DNA from: Octopus sinensis
Lineage: Eukaryota
Length of the DNA stretch: 64,000 bases
Reading direction: 5' to 3'
Assembly: GCF_006345805.1 (NCBI RefSeq)
Contig: NC_043000.1
Coordinates: 10,292,001 to 10,356,000 of the forward strand
Shown: piece after piece, positions 24,034 through 37,670 of the stretch
How the letters are laid out: the number at the start of each line of letters is the position of its first letter
How positions within the stretch are numbered: the stretch's first letter is position 1
Program-made: the position numbers and the translations under genes
Notes under the pieces: model-generated
What the model was told of the DNA's origin: nothing
The model's database searches: none
What the model saw: only the letters and a program-made list of their open reading frames with translations

Positions 24034-24599
24034 ATAACGAATTTTTTAGAGATTTCTATTGGTTTGTTTCGAGACGCATAAATTTAATGGTTATCGACAA
24101 TTTTTTGTTTCGGCGTATCTGTCATTAGAATTTTTCTTCTGCCCTTATCTTGTAAATTATGTATAAATTTTACCTTTAAAGGCATTTTTTGATATGCTGG
24201 CCATCGCTAAAATTTTTTAAAATTGTTTTAAATGGGACAGTCCCGAGAGGTAGGCGTTAGCTGTATCTGACAAGCAGTCCTGACTAACAGCAGGTGCAGT
24301 TAGTCACCTATATAATGAGTGAGAAATAATGAGTGAGCGTGTATTTGCATATGCACGCTTGTATGATTTTTTTCCTGTGCATGTTTCATATAACAACTAC
24401 ACAGTGGTTTACTTAAACTTCCATAACATTATGAAAAACATTTGAATGTTTGATGACTTTGGCCGATACTACGACTCATATTCGTCACCATTTCCTCCGG
24501 ATATTACATCGATTTTCCGTGCGCACTCACAGGCTGTGGCTACATCAAAACGGTGCAGTGATTTAATAGTTAGCACAGTAGGATCCAATACCATCTGAA

Positions 24600-24803
24600 G
24601 GCGGAGAGCTGGCAGAATCGTTATTCGTCTGCAGTTGCGTTCCGAGTTCAAATTCCGCCGAGGTCGACTTTGCATTTCATCCTTTTGGGGTCGATAAATT
24701 AAGTACCAGTTACTCACTGGGGTCGATGTAATCGACTAAATCCGTTTGTCTGTCCTTGTTTGTCCCCTCTGTGTTTAGCCCCTTGTGGGTGATAAAAAAA
24801 TAA
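24600..24803 (+). mobile_element. SINE A with internal deletion
   Basis: Family A head, core and tail. Confidence 0.85.
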
Positions 24804-24900
24804 GGATCGAAAAGCATCTGCGAGTAGGATATGATGATGCTATGTGACAAATCGAATCAAGATCACCTTAGAAAAAAAACCTTGCTTCCATCTATGATAC

Positions 24901-24940
<40 letters not shown>

Positions 24941-25647
24941 CTTTGCTCCTTATGAGCATAGGCAATCGACGACTTTTCTCCGCTGTTCTCGACTCATGGC
25001 TGTCTTCTTCTCTCCCACTGGATCCTTACTTTTTCAGAACTACCTCAGTATCCCACCTCCAGGTTTTTTGGGGTCGCTTTCTTTTATGCCTCCCATATGG
25101 TTCTTAATTAGATTCTGACACGTCATTTGTTTCCCTGAGAGAAGACCACCTCTCAGCCTTTGGTTTTGGATTGCCATCAATGCTTCTGTTATTTTTATTT
25201 TTTATATTTTTATTTTTTATTTTTGAAAGTAGAGAGTTTGGCCCCTCGCAAACCCATTTTTACCTCTGGGAAGAAGTAATCCATTTTCATCTGTCCCCTT
25301 TTCTTTGACCTGTCCAACATAGGAGGTCCTGCAAGGAGCGAGCTTGCACTCCAAAGACATAGTTCTCAGAATCATTGAGGCACATCGCAGCAAGGACTGG
25401 GCTTTGTTGTAGAAATATCTAACAAGAGGGGTCAAAGATATCTATAATATAGGAATAACCTGAATATCCTCTAGTAACATCAGTGTTGATCGGCATCATT
25501 AGAGGGAGCAATATTTTCTGACGATGCAGAATATGTTGCAATTTCCATTCGACAAGCTTTATATAAAATATATAGTAATGTGTATGTGCATTATATCTGT
25601 GTTTGGTATGTATGGTTTCGTGTGAGTTTGTAGATATATGTAGATAT

Positions 25648-26053
25648 CTCTTTTACTCTTTTACTTGTTTCAGTCATTTGACTGCGGCCATGCTGGAGCA
25701 CCGCCTTTAGTCGAGCAAATCGACCCCGGGACTTATTCTTTGTAAGCCCAGTACTTATACTATCGGTATCTTTTGCCGAACCGCTAAGTGACGGGGACGT
25801 AAACACACCAGCATCGGTTGTCAAGCAATGCTAGGGGGACAAACATACACACACACACACATACACACACATATATATATACATATATACGACAGGCTTC
25901 TTTCAGTTTCCGTCTACCAAATCCACTCACAAGGCATTGGTCGGCCCGGGGCTATAGCAGAAGACACTTGCCCAAGATTCCACGCAGTGGGACTGAACCC
26001 GGAACCATGTGGTTGGTTAGCAAGCTACTCACCACACAGCCACTCCTGCGCCT
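25648..26053 (-). mobile_element. SINE C, full length
   Basis: Head aggcgcaggagtggctgtgtgg through the (gagtaaaa) tail. Confidence 0.9.
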
Positions 26054-26803
26054 ATGTTGCAGAAATTTATTTTTAATTCACAGATTAATAAAAAGAAGCA
26101 ATTCATTTCCTATTTTTGGAACCCAGACAAACGAAACAAAACACAATTAAAGCAATATGATTTCTGAGGTGGAGAAAAAGTTAACTGCTTGTGTCAAAGA
26201 TATGAGCTGAATTTGAAATTAAGACTAATTAATTTCGACTGGGAAAATATCAAGTCTCGAGGCGTAACCTCATTAAGGAAGGTCTAAATTGAATTGGCTT
26301 AAACATACAAGGTGAGAGTTACAGGGAATAGGTTAGAGTGGAAATGTGTGTTTGGAGTGAGGTAATATTGGGGTCTGCATACAGAAGTGTTCAAAGTAAA
26401 CAGGCAAATTTTTTACCTCCCCAAATGTCAATGTTGACAATGTTCCCTATATAAGCAGACTGTATCTTGTTGTTGACTAATGAGAATACTTCGTGTCCAA
26501 CTTGACTGACCACGACACTAGATCGTTTCTTAAAGCTTGCTGCTTTTCAATGTAATATAAGAATACACAATAAGCAGGAAATTGATATATCAAAAAAAGG
26601 TATGAATTCTTATTTTCTTCGTGATTCTATAATATATTAAATTTTATTCATTCTGTATTTTTTTCTTCCTTATGACGTAATTCTCACGTTTTTTCTTTCG
26701 TTGCTTTTATTTCTATCAGATTTGTCGCAATATGAAATTGATCGATTAGGTTATTTTAAGAATTTTCATAATCTTCATCTTGTACTATGATGCTAGTCAC
26801 AAA

Positions 26804-26995
26804 GGCGGCGAGCTAGCAGAAACGTTAGCGTGCCGGACAAAATGCTAAGCGATATTTCTTCCAGGTCGTTACGTTCTGAATTCAAATTCCGCTGCGGTTG
26901 ACTGCCTTTCATCTTTTCGGGGTGTCGATAAATTGAATACTAGCTAAGCATTGGAGTCGATGTAATCGACTTTGGGGCCAGAATTTGAAACCAAT
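26804..26995 (+). mobile_element. Degraded SINE A
   Basis: ggcggcgagctagcagaaacgttagc...tgcctttcatcttttcgggg. Confidence 0.75.
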
Positions 26996-28099
26996 ATTAT
27001 GCTATTCAAAACAGTACTTTTTGGGAAAAACCAACCTTCCCTTTAGTAGGGGTGAGTATTGAAAAATAATCATACAAATTGCTTTGTTTTGTAAAATTAG
27101 TTTTTAAATGTTTAAGATTGTCCATCACCATAGCGTAGAAACAAAAATTACTTCGTCGCTCCCGTTTCTCTACAGACATCGATCTATGGATGTTCAAACT
27201 AAGCATCAGTTACATCAATTTAACTAGTATGGCAGGACATATCAATTTTATGAGCACTATCCCTCCGTCTTTGATTAATTAAAAAAAAAGTCAGAAGGAA
27301 AAAGATATTGCAAGCGTTAGAGGTTTACCACATCATAGATTCCACCTCGATAATTGTGTCTGCATCACTCGACACTGACCACCCAAGACTTAATTACTTG
27401 ACGATTTATTTTTCCATATTGAGGTGAAACTTGATATAATCTTATTTCGTGTTTTCTTTGCATCATTTCTCAATAAAATCTCCTATGTTAATAATATATG
27501 TACAATTATTTCTTCAACTGATATTTTCTATGGCAATATATTTTTTTTTTCCTCTTTGAACTAAGCTAACTTTCTCGTCTATAATTTACTCATTTTTTCC
27601 ATATAACATTAAAAAGTAGTTGCAATATCTTACATTTCTTCACTTCTTTCTATATTTCTGTTCTGCCAACTGACTGTCAGTCGTACATTCCAGTTTTCAT
27701 TTCCTTCTCCCTTACCTGGTTCGATTTATTTCTACTCATATTTATCATAAAATGCTATTGCATCTACTAGTACACTGCATATTGCAAATCTGATATATTT
27801 TAGGCTGTCTTTACTTCATACAATAGATAACATAGGTATTATTCATCTGGATTTTTTTGTTTGTCTACATATTTTTTCCGTGCTGAGTTCAAACGTGATC
27901 TTAGCTTCCGCATGCTATCGATATTTTCGGAAAGAATTTTAGCTTTGTAGTTAGACATTCTATAATGCAACTCTCACCTGGGGCTAGATGCTGGCTTCGT
28001 TTTCATTCCTATGTTGAGAGAAAAATGAATCGATTTCATGTTGAATTTGCTGAAAATGTTCCAAATGACTACATTTAATAAATAAATGACAAACTAAAA

Positions 28100-28391
28100 A
28101 TGTTTGTTCCTTCTCGAACCATGCCTGGCTCGTAAGGGCCGGTTTCCCGGTTTCCTTGGCGTATAGGTTCCCCACCTAGACGGGACGCCGGTCCGTCGCA
28201 GATAAGCTGCAAGATGCAGGAGGAAAGTTGTGGCGAAAGAGTCAGCAGAAGTTCGCCATTACCTTCTGCCGGAGCTGCGTGGAGCTTAGGTGTTTCGCTC
28301 ATAAACACACACATCACCCGGTTTGAGATTCGAACCCGCGATCCCTCGACCGCGTGTCCGCTGCTCTAACCACTAGGCCATGTGCCTCCAC
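28100..28391 (-). mobile_element. SINE B variant, tail type iv
   Basis: Family B-like head and body; tail ...ggaaaccggcccttacgagccaggcatggttcgagaaggaacaaac. Confidence 0.8.
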
Positions 28392-29098
28392 AAAAAAAAA
28401 TATGAAACAGTCCTAAAATTAACATTAAAAGTGCTTTGAAGATTGCAGTTTTATTTTGTGACTGCTTTCATCGTTTTTAACCAGAGACGTTACATATTCA
28501 CTCATCATGGCAATATCTCAGCGGCCTTGTTAGCTTTGTTGGTGAAATATTTTACCGTGCTCCTCACTGATGACATCAAGGTTTTCATGGAGAAAACCCA
28601 AGATGCGAATACAAGCTAAGTTCTTTTAAAAACTACCCAACACACACACACACTCTTTTACTCTTTTTTTGTGTGTGTGTGTGTGTTTATGTGTCTGTGT
28701 ATATATGTGTGTGTGTATGAAGTACACTTTTTTTGGTTGTTATAATTGCTTCTATTGACGCTATTTGTCTTCATGCAATGAAAATATTAATAGCAAATTA
28801 ATTTCAATTCTCGTGAAAGAAACTTTGAAATACATTTAAACACTCTAAGGTATCTTGTTAAAATCTTATGTGATTTGAATAAAATCTTATGTGCTTGATT
28901 TTATGACATATATAAGCCGGTCCTTTCTTTTACATTGGCGAGCTCAAATTTTTACTACGATCCCTTAATTAATGAATAATTCCATTTAAAAAGTTCACAA
29001 ATTTGATAAAAAGAAAAACCCAAACTTGCTATATTTAATTCGGTTTTCGTGCATACGATCGTGAATGTTGGGTAGTGACCGAAAGAGTATGATTGTGA

Positions 29099-29489
29099 AT
29101 ACAAGGGGCCGAAATAGGGTTCCTTCGAGAGATCTCTGAGGTATCGTTACTCTTTAGAATGGGTAGCTCGGCGATCAGGGAATCTTTCCAGGTCGTGTTT
29201 CTCCGCATTGACAGATCACAGCTCCGGTACAAGTGACACGTGATTAGAATGTCGCAAGAACGGATCTTAAGACGGATTGATTAAACTTATCTAACCGGCA
29301 GGAGGCCTACGGGTAGACCAAGAATTAGACGGGTGGATGATATCCATAGTCTCAGTTCGTTACGCTTAAGAACCCAGCTGAAGAATTGTAATGACGGTTA
29401 CTTCTGAAAGGGCCCTATGCAGGAGGTGCCTGAAGACTCTACCCAACAATCCTTGCAGGAATGGTCGGTGGAGGAGATGGATGGACAAC
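29099..29489 (+). mobile_element. RTE-clade (Expander/Rex3-like) LINE 3' fragment
   Basis: IQGAEIGFLREISEVSLLFRMGSSAIRESFQV...RSQLRY..HVIRM...TGRRPTGRPRIRRVDDI, ending in ggatggatgg. Confidence 0.8.
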
Positions 29490-29612
29490 ATCCTGATTCT
29501 GGATGTTATTTTAAAATAATTAGTACAAATACAAACATAGAAGCACACACACACACACACGCACACACACACAAACACACACACACACACACACACATGT
29601 ATATAGATATAT

Positions 29613-29650
<38 letters not shown>

Positions 29651-29786
29651 GTGTATATGTTTGTGTGTGTGTATATATATATATATAATATATATGTATG
29701 AATATATGTATATGCATATATATATCTGTATGTATGTATGTATATATATATATGTATACACACACACACACACACACACACATATA

Positions 29787-30394
<608 letters not shown>

Positions 30395-30588
30395 AAATTA
30401 TTATTTGAGGGAATAAAATCCAAACTTACAAGGAAAAATAATTCAAATTAGAAATACTAAATCAAATTCCACACAATATAATATATATATATATATAAAA
30501 TATTAGAAAAAAACACCTTTTATCAATTCAAAATGAATAATTAAATTATACCATCCAGAAAATTACATTTAACAGAAAAGTTAAAATT

Positions 30589-30779
30589 ACTTTTACTTGT
30601 TTCAGTCATTTGACTGTGGCCATGCTGGAGCACCGCCTTTAGTCGAGCAAATCGACCCTAGGACTTATTCTTTGTAATCCTAGTACTTATTCTATCGGTC
30701 TGTTTTGCCGGACCGCTAAGTTACGGAGACGTAAACACACCAGCATCGGTTGTCAAGCGATGTTGGGGGGATAAACACA

Positions 30780-30813
<34 letters not shown>

Positions 30814-31010
30814 GTGTGTGTTGTGTGTGTGTGTGTACATATAATACGATGGGCTTCTTTCAGTTTCCGTCTACCAAATCCATTGACAAGGCTTTGGTCG
30901 GCCCGAGGCTATAGTAGAAGACACTTACTCAAGGTGCCACGCAGTGGGACTGAACCTGGAACCATGAGGTTGGTAAGCAAGCTACTTACCACACAGCCAC
31001 TCCTACGCCT
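30589..31010 (-). mobile_element. SINE C
   Basis: Full family C structure, inside the spacer of the inverted duplication. Confidence 0.88.
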
Positions 31011-31683
31011 ATGTTCATATAAGTTATAATAATGCTTGCCACCAACTCGCTGAACTTAAAACTTTTGTGAATGCGATGTACCATGTTGAAGTCGGAGAAA
31101 TCTGAAAGAAAATTAACATAGCTGAAAGAGAAGCATGATTTACATTTTGCACTGTATTAGATAGCTCGTTCACTTCATTAAAAATCTACTAACCCCCTCG
31201 CAAATTAAATGGCTTAACACTGAAATCATAATTCTATGATAAAAATTCTTAATCCTTTTATTTTCCTTTTACAGTTTCCAGTTCCATTCAACATGATCAA
31301 TAAAAGCGGTTGTTTAACTATTTTTATAGTTTTTTGCTATTTGGCCAATGTTGGAGTATTTTCCTTTCATTATCGCAGTGGTATGTCAACTTTTATCCGT
31401 TTTCTGTTTCCTTTATACATCGTTAGGACTTTCATATATATATATAGATATACACAAAACATTTTAGAAAAAAACACCTTTTATCAATTCAAAATGAATA
31501 ATCAAATTACACCATCTAGAAAATTACATATAATAGAAAAGTTAAAATTAAAATAACAATAAAAAGTAAAGATTAAGTAAATTACAAAAATAATATAATG
31601 TATATTATATACATTATATTATTTTTGTAATCTACTTAATCTTTACTTTTTATTGTTATTTTAATTTTAACTTTATATATATA

Positions 31684-32372
31684 TACCGTAAACCCTCGAG
31701 TATAATTCGCATTTTTTCCCCAAAATTTAATAGTCAAAATTTCTATTGCGTACAATATACGAGGTTAAAAATGAAAATTATTTTCTAAGCAATGTCCGAG
31801 TCTCCATTTGCTGTCCAGCAATTTTTATTCAGATGCATTTGTGATGTCAAGCGCGAAAATACCTTATGACTTCATTGTCTGAAAGTAATGAAGTCATAAA
31901 AGAATTATGCATGACTTGCAGTATGCAACATTTATTAAACGTCATTACTGTTATTACTGTTTTTCTTTAATTTCTGCAAACGAAATGCACAAAAAAGCTA
32001 CACTTTTGCATTATGTTATATATACAATAATAATAAAGGACGTTACCATATACCTTTTTTATAAACCAAGGACGTTATATAGACCTCCTTGACTCAAGTT
32101 AGGGAAGGGGTGCGTATTATACACAAGGTTTAGCGCCCTAAAAATCCTCTGCGTATTATACTCAAGGGCGGACTATACTCGAGGATTTACGGTATATGTG
32201 TGTGTGTGTGTATACATATATATATATATATATATACATACATACATACAAATATATATATATATATGCATATACATATATTCATACATATATATATATA
32301 TATATATACACACCCAAACATATACACATGTATATATATACATATATATATATGCGCATATATCTATATACA

Positions 32373-32412
<40 letters not shown>

Positions 32413-33283
32413 TCTATGTCTGTATTTGTACTAATTATTTTAAAATAACATCCAGAATCAGGATGTTGTCCATCCATCTCCTCCACCGACCATTCCTGCA
32501 AGGATTGTTGGGTAGAGTCTTCAGGCACCTCCTGCATAGGGTCCTTTCAGAAGTAACCGTCATTACAATTTTTCAGCTGGGTTCTTAAGCGTAACGAACT
32601 GAGACTATGGATATCATCCACCCGTCTAATTCTTGGTCTACCCGTAGGCCTCCTGCCGGTTAGATAAGTTTAATCAATCCGTCTTAAGATCCGTTCTTGC
32701 GACATTCTAATCACGTGTCACTTGTACCGGAGCTGTGATCTGTCAATGCAGAGAAACACGACATGGAAAGATTCCCTGATCGCCGAGCTACCCATTCTAA
32801 AGAGTAACGATACCTCAGAGATCTCTCGAAGAAACCCTATTTCGGCTCCTTGTATTCACAATCATACTCTTTCGGTCACTACCCAACATTCACGATCGTA
32901 TGCACGAAAACCGAATTAAATATAGCAAGTTTGGGTTTTTCTTTTTATCAAATTTGTGAACTTTTTAAATGGAATTATTCATTAATTAAGGGATCGTAGT
33001 AAAAATTTGAGCTCGCCAATGTAAAAGAAAGGACCGGCTTATATATGTCATAAAATCAAGCACATAAGATTTTATTCAAATCACATAAGATTTTAACAAG
33101 ATACCTTAGAGTGTTTAAATGTATTTCAAAGTTTCTTTCACGAGAATTGAAATTAATTTGCTATTAATATTTTCATTGCATGAAGACAAATAGCGTCAAT
33201 AGAAGCAATTATAACAACCGAAAAAAGTGTACTTCATACACACACACATATATACACAGACACATAAACACACACGCACACAA
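31684..33283. repeat. Right arm of the inverted duplication (MITE copy 31686-32192; RTE copy 32465-32855, minus strand)
   Basis: Reverse complement of 28670-30296. Confidence 0.92.
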
Positions 33284-33451
33284 ATACACACACACAACAC
33301 TAGTAAAAGTTAACAATCTGTAAACTTAACTGAATATGACAAAATTCAGTGTACTAATTACTTGACAGTTCAGAGTAGAATATTTATGCCCAAAGGTGAC
33401 GAGCTGACAGAACAGTTAGTGCATCAAAATTCTTAACGGCATTTTTCCCGG

Positions 33452-33690
33452 CTCTTTTACTCCTTTACTCTTTTACTTGTTTCAGTCATTTGGCTGTGGC
33501 CATGCTGGAGCACCGCCTTTAGTCGAGCAAATCGACCTCAGGACTTATTTTCTGTAAGCCTAGTACTTATTCTATCGGTCTTTTTTGTCGAACCGCTAAG
33601 TTACGGGGACGTAAACACACCAGCATATACACACACATACATATACATACACACACACACACACACAAACACACACATATATATATGTAT

Positions 33691-33739
<49 letters not shown>

Positions 33740-33897
33740 CGGGCTTCTTTCAGTTTCCGCCTACCAAATCCACTCACAAGGCTTTGGTCGGCCCGAGGCT
33801 ATAGTAGAAGACACTTGCCCAAGGTGCCACGCAGTTGGACTGAACCCGGAACCATGTGATTGGTAAGCAAGCTGCATACCACACAGCCACTCCTACG
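33452..33897 (-). mobile_element. SINE C inserted in an older + strand SINE A (head ~33396-33451, rest ~33898-34030)
   Basis: Family A pieces are contiguous on either side of the C copy. Confidence 0.8.
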
Positions 33898-34122
33898 TTC
33901 TTTACGTTTTGAATTCGAATTCCATCGAATTGGACTTTGCCTTTCGAGGTCAATAAAGTTTGTGTGTATGTAATCGACTATCCCGCTCCCTTAAAATTGC
34001 TGGCCTTGTGCCAAAATTTGAAATCATTATTAAGCACATAACAACTGAAATATACTTTTCAATAAAGCGCGTAGACGTTGAGAAAGAATAATATGAATTA
34101 GCAAGTGTGTATTTGTCTGTGT

Positions 34123-34513
34123 GTGGAGGCGCAATGGCCCAGTGGCTAGGGCAGCGGAGTCGCGGTCATAGAATCGCCATTTCGATTCCCAGACCGGGCG
34201 TTGTGAGTGTTTATTGAGCGAAAACACCTAAAAGCTCCACGAGGCTCCGGCAGGGGATGGTGGTGAACCCTGCTGTACTCTTTCACCACAACTTTCTCTC
34301 ACTCTTACTTCCTGCTTCTGTTGTACCTGTACTTCAAAGGGGCCGGCCTTGTCACTCTCTGTGTCACGCTGAATATCCCCGAGAACTACGTTAAGGGTAC
34401 ACGTGTCTGTGGAGTGCTCAGCCACTTACACGTTAATTTCACGAGCAGGCTGTTCCGTTGATTCTGATCAACCGGAACCCTCGTCGTCGTAACCGACGGA
34501 GTGCTTCTTCTTC
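34123..34513 (+). mobile_element. SINE B, long tail type i
   Basis: TSD atttgtctgtgt (34111-34122 and 34514-34525). Confidence 0.9.
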
Positions 34514-35268
34514 ATTTGTCTGTGTAAGTGTTACACTGACTGACGTGAATTCGCTAGAAAATACTGGTAAGCTCTGCCAATACGTAAATGATGTATTTAT
34601 AAAAAAAAAAAACAGTTGGCTCAGACGAAGGGCAGCATTTTAACTTAGAAAGGCGCCAAAATTAAGAACGTGTTGCAAATAATCGTGATTGGTCGGAAAA
34701 GATGTTAAACAATACAGAAGCAAACATGTCTTTTAGTTTTTATCTTTTTTATGCAATTTTTCAGGTAAATAAAATATGCAGTAAGCCGTATGTACAAACT
34801 AAACAGTCCATTCGAGTCAATTTTGTGTTTTTAAACACAACACAGCATATAAGGAATATTATCTCTGGATTAATATTTGCAGTAAACTTGCCTTTTAACG
34901 ATGTATTTACATTAAGTATGATAGATACATAGATGACTATTTTAATTTCATACTACTTTTATTGTATATAAGGATTTTTATTTTGCTACTCGCAATACAA
35001 GTGAATTTTTTTTCTCTGTTTTTCCTTTATATCTGAGGCGGGAAATTTCGTCAAAGCATATGGTTGGCTCTGAGTACACGCCATTGACAAGGCCCAAAAA
35101 GGCCGAATTGTATCTCGCATTCTCGCTAGCCGCTGCTGGGGCGATTTTCGTCTACCCCCGATATACATTGTGCTTTTAAGCATAGCACATTCGTAAGAGA
35201 TGTTATCATTGGACGAGTACTGCAGTAAATTTATATTTACATTAAGTATGATACATAGATAGTTTTAT

Positions 35269-35307
<39 letters not shown>

Positions 35308-35501
35308 CATAAATATAAACGAACATATATATACACATACATAAATACATACATACATACATACATACATACATACATGCATACATATATATATCAATTC
35401 CCGAGTGTGAAACTAATACATCTGTTTGTTTTGTTTTCTACACCACCTGTCTTCGTCTTTTGTTTTGTTTTTTTTTTCGTGAATTCTCCCTACATATATA
35501 T

Positions 35502-35562
<61 letters not shown>

Positions 35563-35616
35563 CATCAGTGAAAATTTCAGAGAGAAATTGTTTAAAGCAA
35601 TGTAATGTCTTTTCTT

Positions 35617-35647
<31 letters not shown>

Positions 35648-35667
35648 CTATCTCTTTATCGCAAAAG

Positions 35668-35795
35668 GTAAACCACTGTTCCCCTGGTGTCTTGATGTAT
35701 CAAGGCCTTACTGCGGAATTCGCTGTCCCCTCAGTGGATTTGATACAGATGGACGAACTGGATGTCCGACCTGTCGCTGTCGAAATCGTTGCGAG
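35668..35795 (+). CDS. Exon (phase 1-0) of a cysteine-rich protease-inhibitor-type protein: antistasin-like domain
   Basis: aaag|GT AAA...; KPLFPWCLDVSRPYCGIRCPLSGFDTDGRTGCPTCRCRNRCE; donor GAG|gtaagg. C-x7-C-x3-C..GF..D...GC..C.C pattern. Confidence 0.82.
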
Positions 35796-35999
35796 GTAAG
35801 GTACACTCAACCGAAACTTCTTAATTCTACTATCTGATCTCATAACCACCCCCGATCTTTCCCGCAGCAACTCTCCTCATTTTTTATAAAAACAGACATC
35901 TCTGTAACCTCTCAGTTAAAAGTTCTATAGCCCCCAGCTAAGCACTTTCAATGCCCACACCGCAGATGCTACATCGTTTTTACATCAACAATATTTCAA

Positions 36000-36320
36000 C
36001 CATCACCGGCGCTATATCACCTAAAATTTCTCCTGCACGTCACCTAATATCACATACTCAACCATTTGCAAACTTTACGGTGCCTTTTAGTTTAGTGTAG
36101 GCCGTTACCTCGTCGATCATTGCGCACATACATAATAATCTAATACGCAAACCAGGTCAGCCTGATGACACCCATTCCGACATTGGGTCACTCCATTACC
36201 TATCTATCAGTAACAGACATTTCTGCACACCTTGGTACCGCACACTCAAGGAAACAGACGAAACAACATATATTTAGACTTGGAACCGTAGCGCTTGTGA
36301 ATTTGAATGAACACTTTTTA
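36000..36320 (+). mobile_element. Degraded PLE GIY-YIG endonuclease fragment (Neptune/Poseidon-like)
   Basis: FSCTSPNITYSTICKL...HS--HSITYLSV...SRKQTKQHIFRLGT...LNEHF resembles F.C.S.NVIY...C..C...IF.LGT..P.GLN. Confidence 0.6.
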
Positions 36321-36423
36321 CCTCCGGCTCCTTCTCCTCCTCTTCCTAATACAGTGATCACTGCTTTACTCTTTTCTCTACATTTTCTCTACAACTCATC
36401 CTCATCCATCTTCTTTTCTTTTT

Positions 36424-36461
<38 letters not shown>

Positions 36462-36583
36462 ACTTCCTGTCGACGCATACTCTCACATTGTTTTGCATTC
36501 TCTATCAGTTGCTGCCAGTCGCCCTAACATAGAGGATTTAAAAACTCTTCTGCCTTTCCATCTTTCATTAGCCCTAAAGTTTA

Positions 36584-36806
36584 GGGAGTAAAAATGTTCA
36601 TAGTATTCGCGTAAGCGCGCATGTCCATACATACACATGCGCGCCTGCACACCCACGTACATGCGCCTATAAGCATATACTCATCCACCCTCAAGTGTGT
36701 TTCAAGAGGGCGGATGACTATATACTTATGTACGTGGGTGTGCGGGCACGCATGTGTAGGTGTGGATATGCGCACTTACGCGAATACTATAAGCATTTTT
36801 ACTCCC
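36584..36806. mobile_element. PIF/Harbinger (Tourist-like) MITE, near-complete foldback
   Basis: TIRs GGGAGTAAAAATG / CATTTTTACTCCC; TTA on both sides (36581-36583 and 36807-36809); internal inverted symmetry. Confidence 0.75.
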
Positions 36807-37057
36807 TTACCTTTACTCCCTCCACTCACTTAGCCGTCATTCAAATAGCTCTTTTGTCTTAATAACGGTCAATCACACAGTAATTTCCCTTTGTTTAACG
36901 GTCATTTTCATAGCATATTTTTCGATGACCCGATAAATGAAGAGATGGCGGTGTGAGTTTCCGCCCCAACATCCGAAACTCGGAATTTTATCATGGCTAC
37001 CGAATAATTGTCACATATTATATTTACACACACACACACAACACACACCACACACAC

Positions 37058-37089
<32 letters not shown>

Positions 37090-37329
37090 CAAGATAAGAA
37101 AATGGAGAAATACATCTAAATCAAATATCAATTACCAGATAATACTCAATCACATGCTTTATTAAACCACCACATAAGAGACTGTAGGGTTAAATATAAA
37201 AATCAGAACAAATCAGTGTACATAGAGGAATGTACATAAAAAAGTGTACATAAAAGAGTAATGTTGTATAATAAGTAGAATATATATAAAAGAGAATATA
37301 AATATAAGTAAATATAAATATAAGTATAA

Positions 37330-37463
37330 ATTACATCTTACAGCTGTTTCGGCCTTGTCGATAAGTATGTCTCATTTTACCAATGTTAGCCCTTTATGGT
37401 TGGTCAATATATAGATATAAATGAGACATTAACAAAAATATCACAAGGCCTCTTCGGAGATTA
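37330..37463 (-). ncRNA. Hammerhead candidate in the inverted pLTR (CCGAAGA core; distal stem I lost at the inversion junction)
   Basis: Mirror of 41641-41780; same CCGAAGA, GGCC..GGCC, GAAA CAGCTG TA AGA. Confidence 0.6.
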
Positions 37464-37670
37464 GCAGTATATTGGATATATGTTATCCCATAGAGGGTTG
37501 CATTTACAACCCCTATCTCAATTTGTAACTATAGTTAACTTTCTGAGGAATATGAATTGCTAATGCTTGTATACTTGAAGCATCCACTCATTACTCTAAG
37601 TACTGACAGTGTATGCGAATACACCCAAGTATAGTACATTTATTCCTGAAAGATCATTACTGCTGGTAAA

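Larger units (their letters stand above)
23708..24089. repeat. Palindrome with ~155 bp arms (23708-23862 and 23935-24089) and a 72 bp spacer
   Basis: Arms are near-perfect reverse complements with only a few mismatches by eye. Confidence 0.92.

Noticed and set aside
34726-34764. Hydrophobic MSFSFYLFYAIFQ followed by CAG|gtaaat as a candidate signal-peptide first exon
   Set aside because: It ends in phase 0, whereas exon 35668 needs phase 1. Bridging would need a small exon near 35040-35065 with a non-consensus GAG acceptor and weak donor. The same stretch also reads as a polypyrimidine acceptor. Needs RNA data.
34902-35260. 20+ bp direct repeat tatttacattaagtatgata around a ~310 bp segment with a 39-aa ORF
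   Set aside because: Could be a TSD, but no element termini or recognisable product were found.
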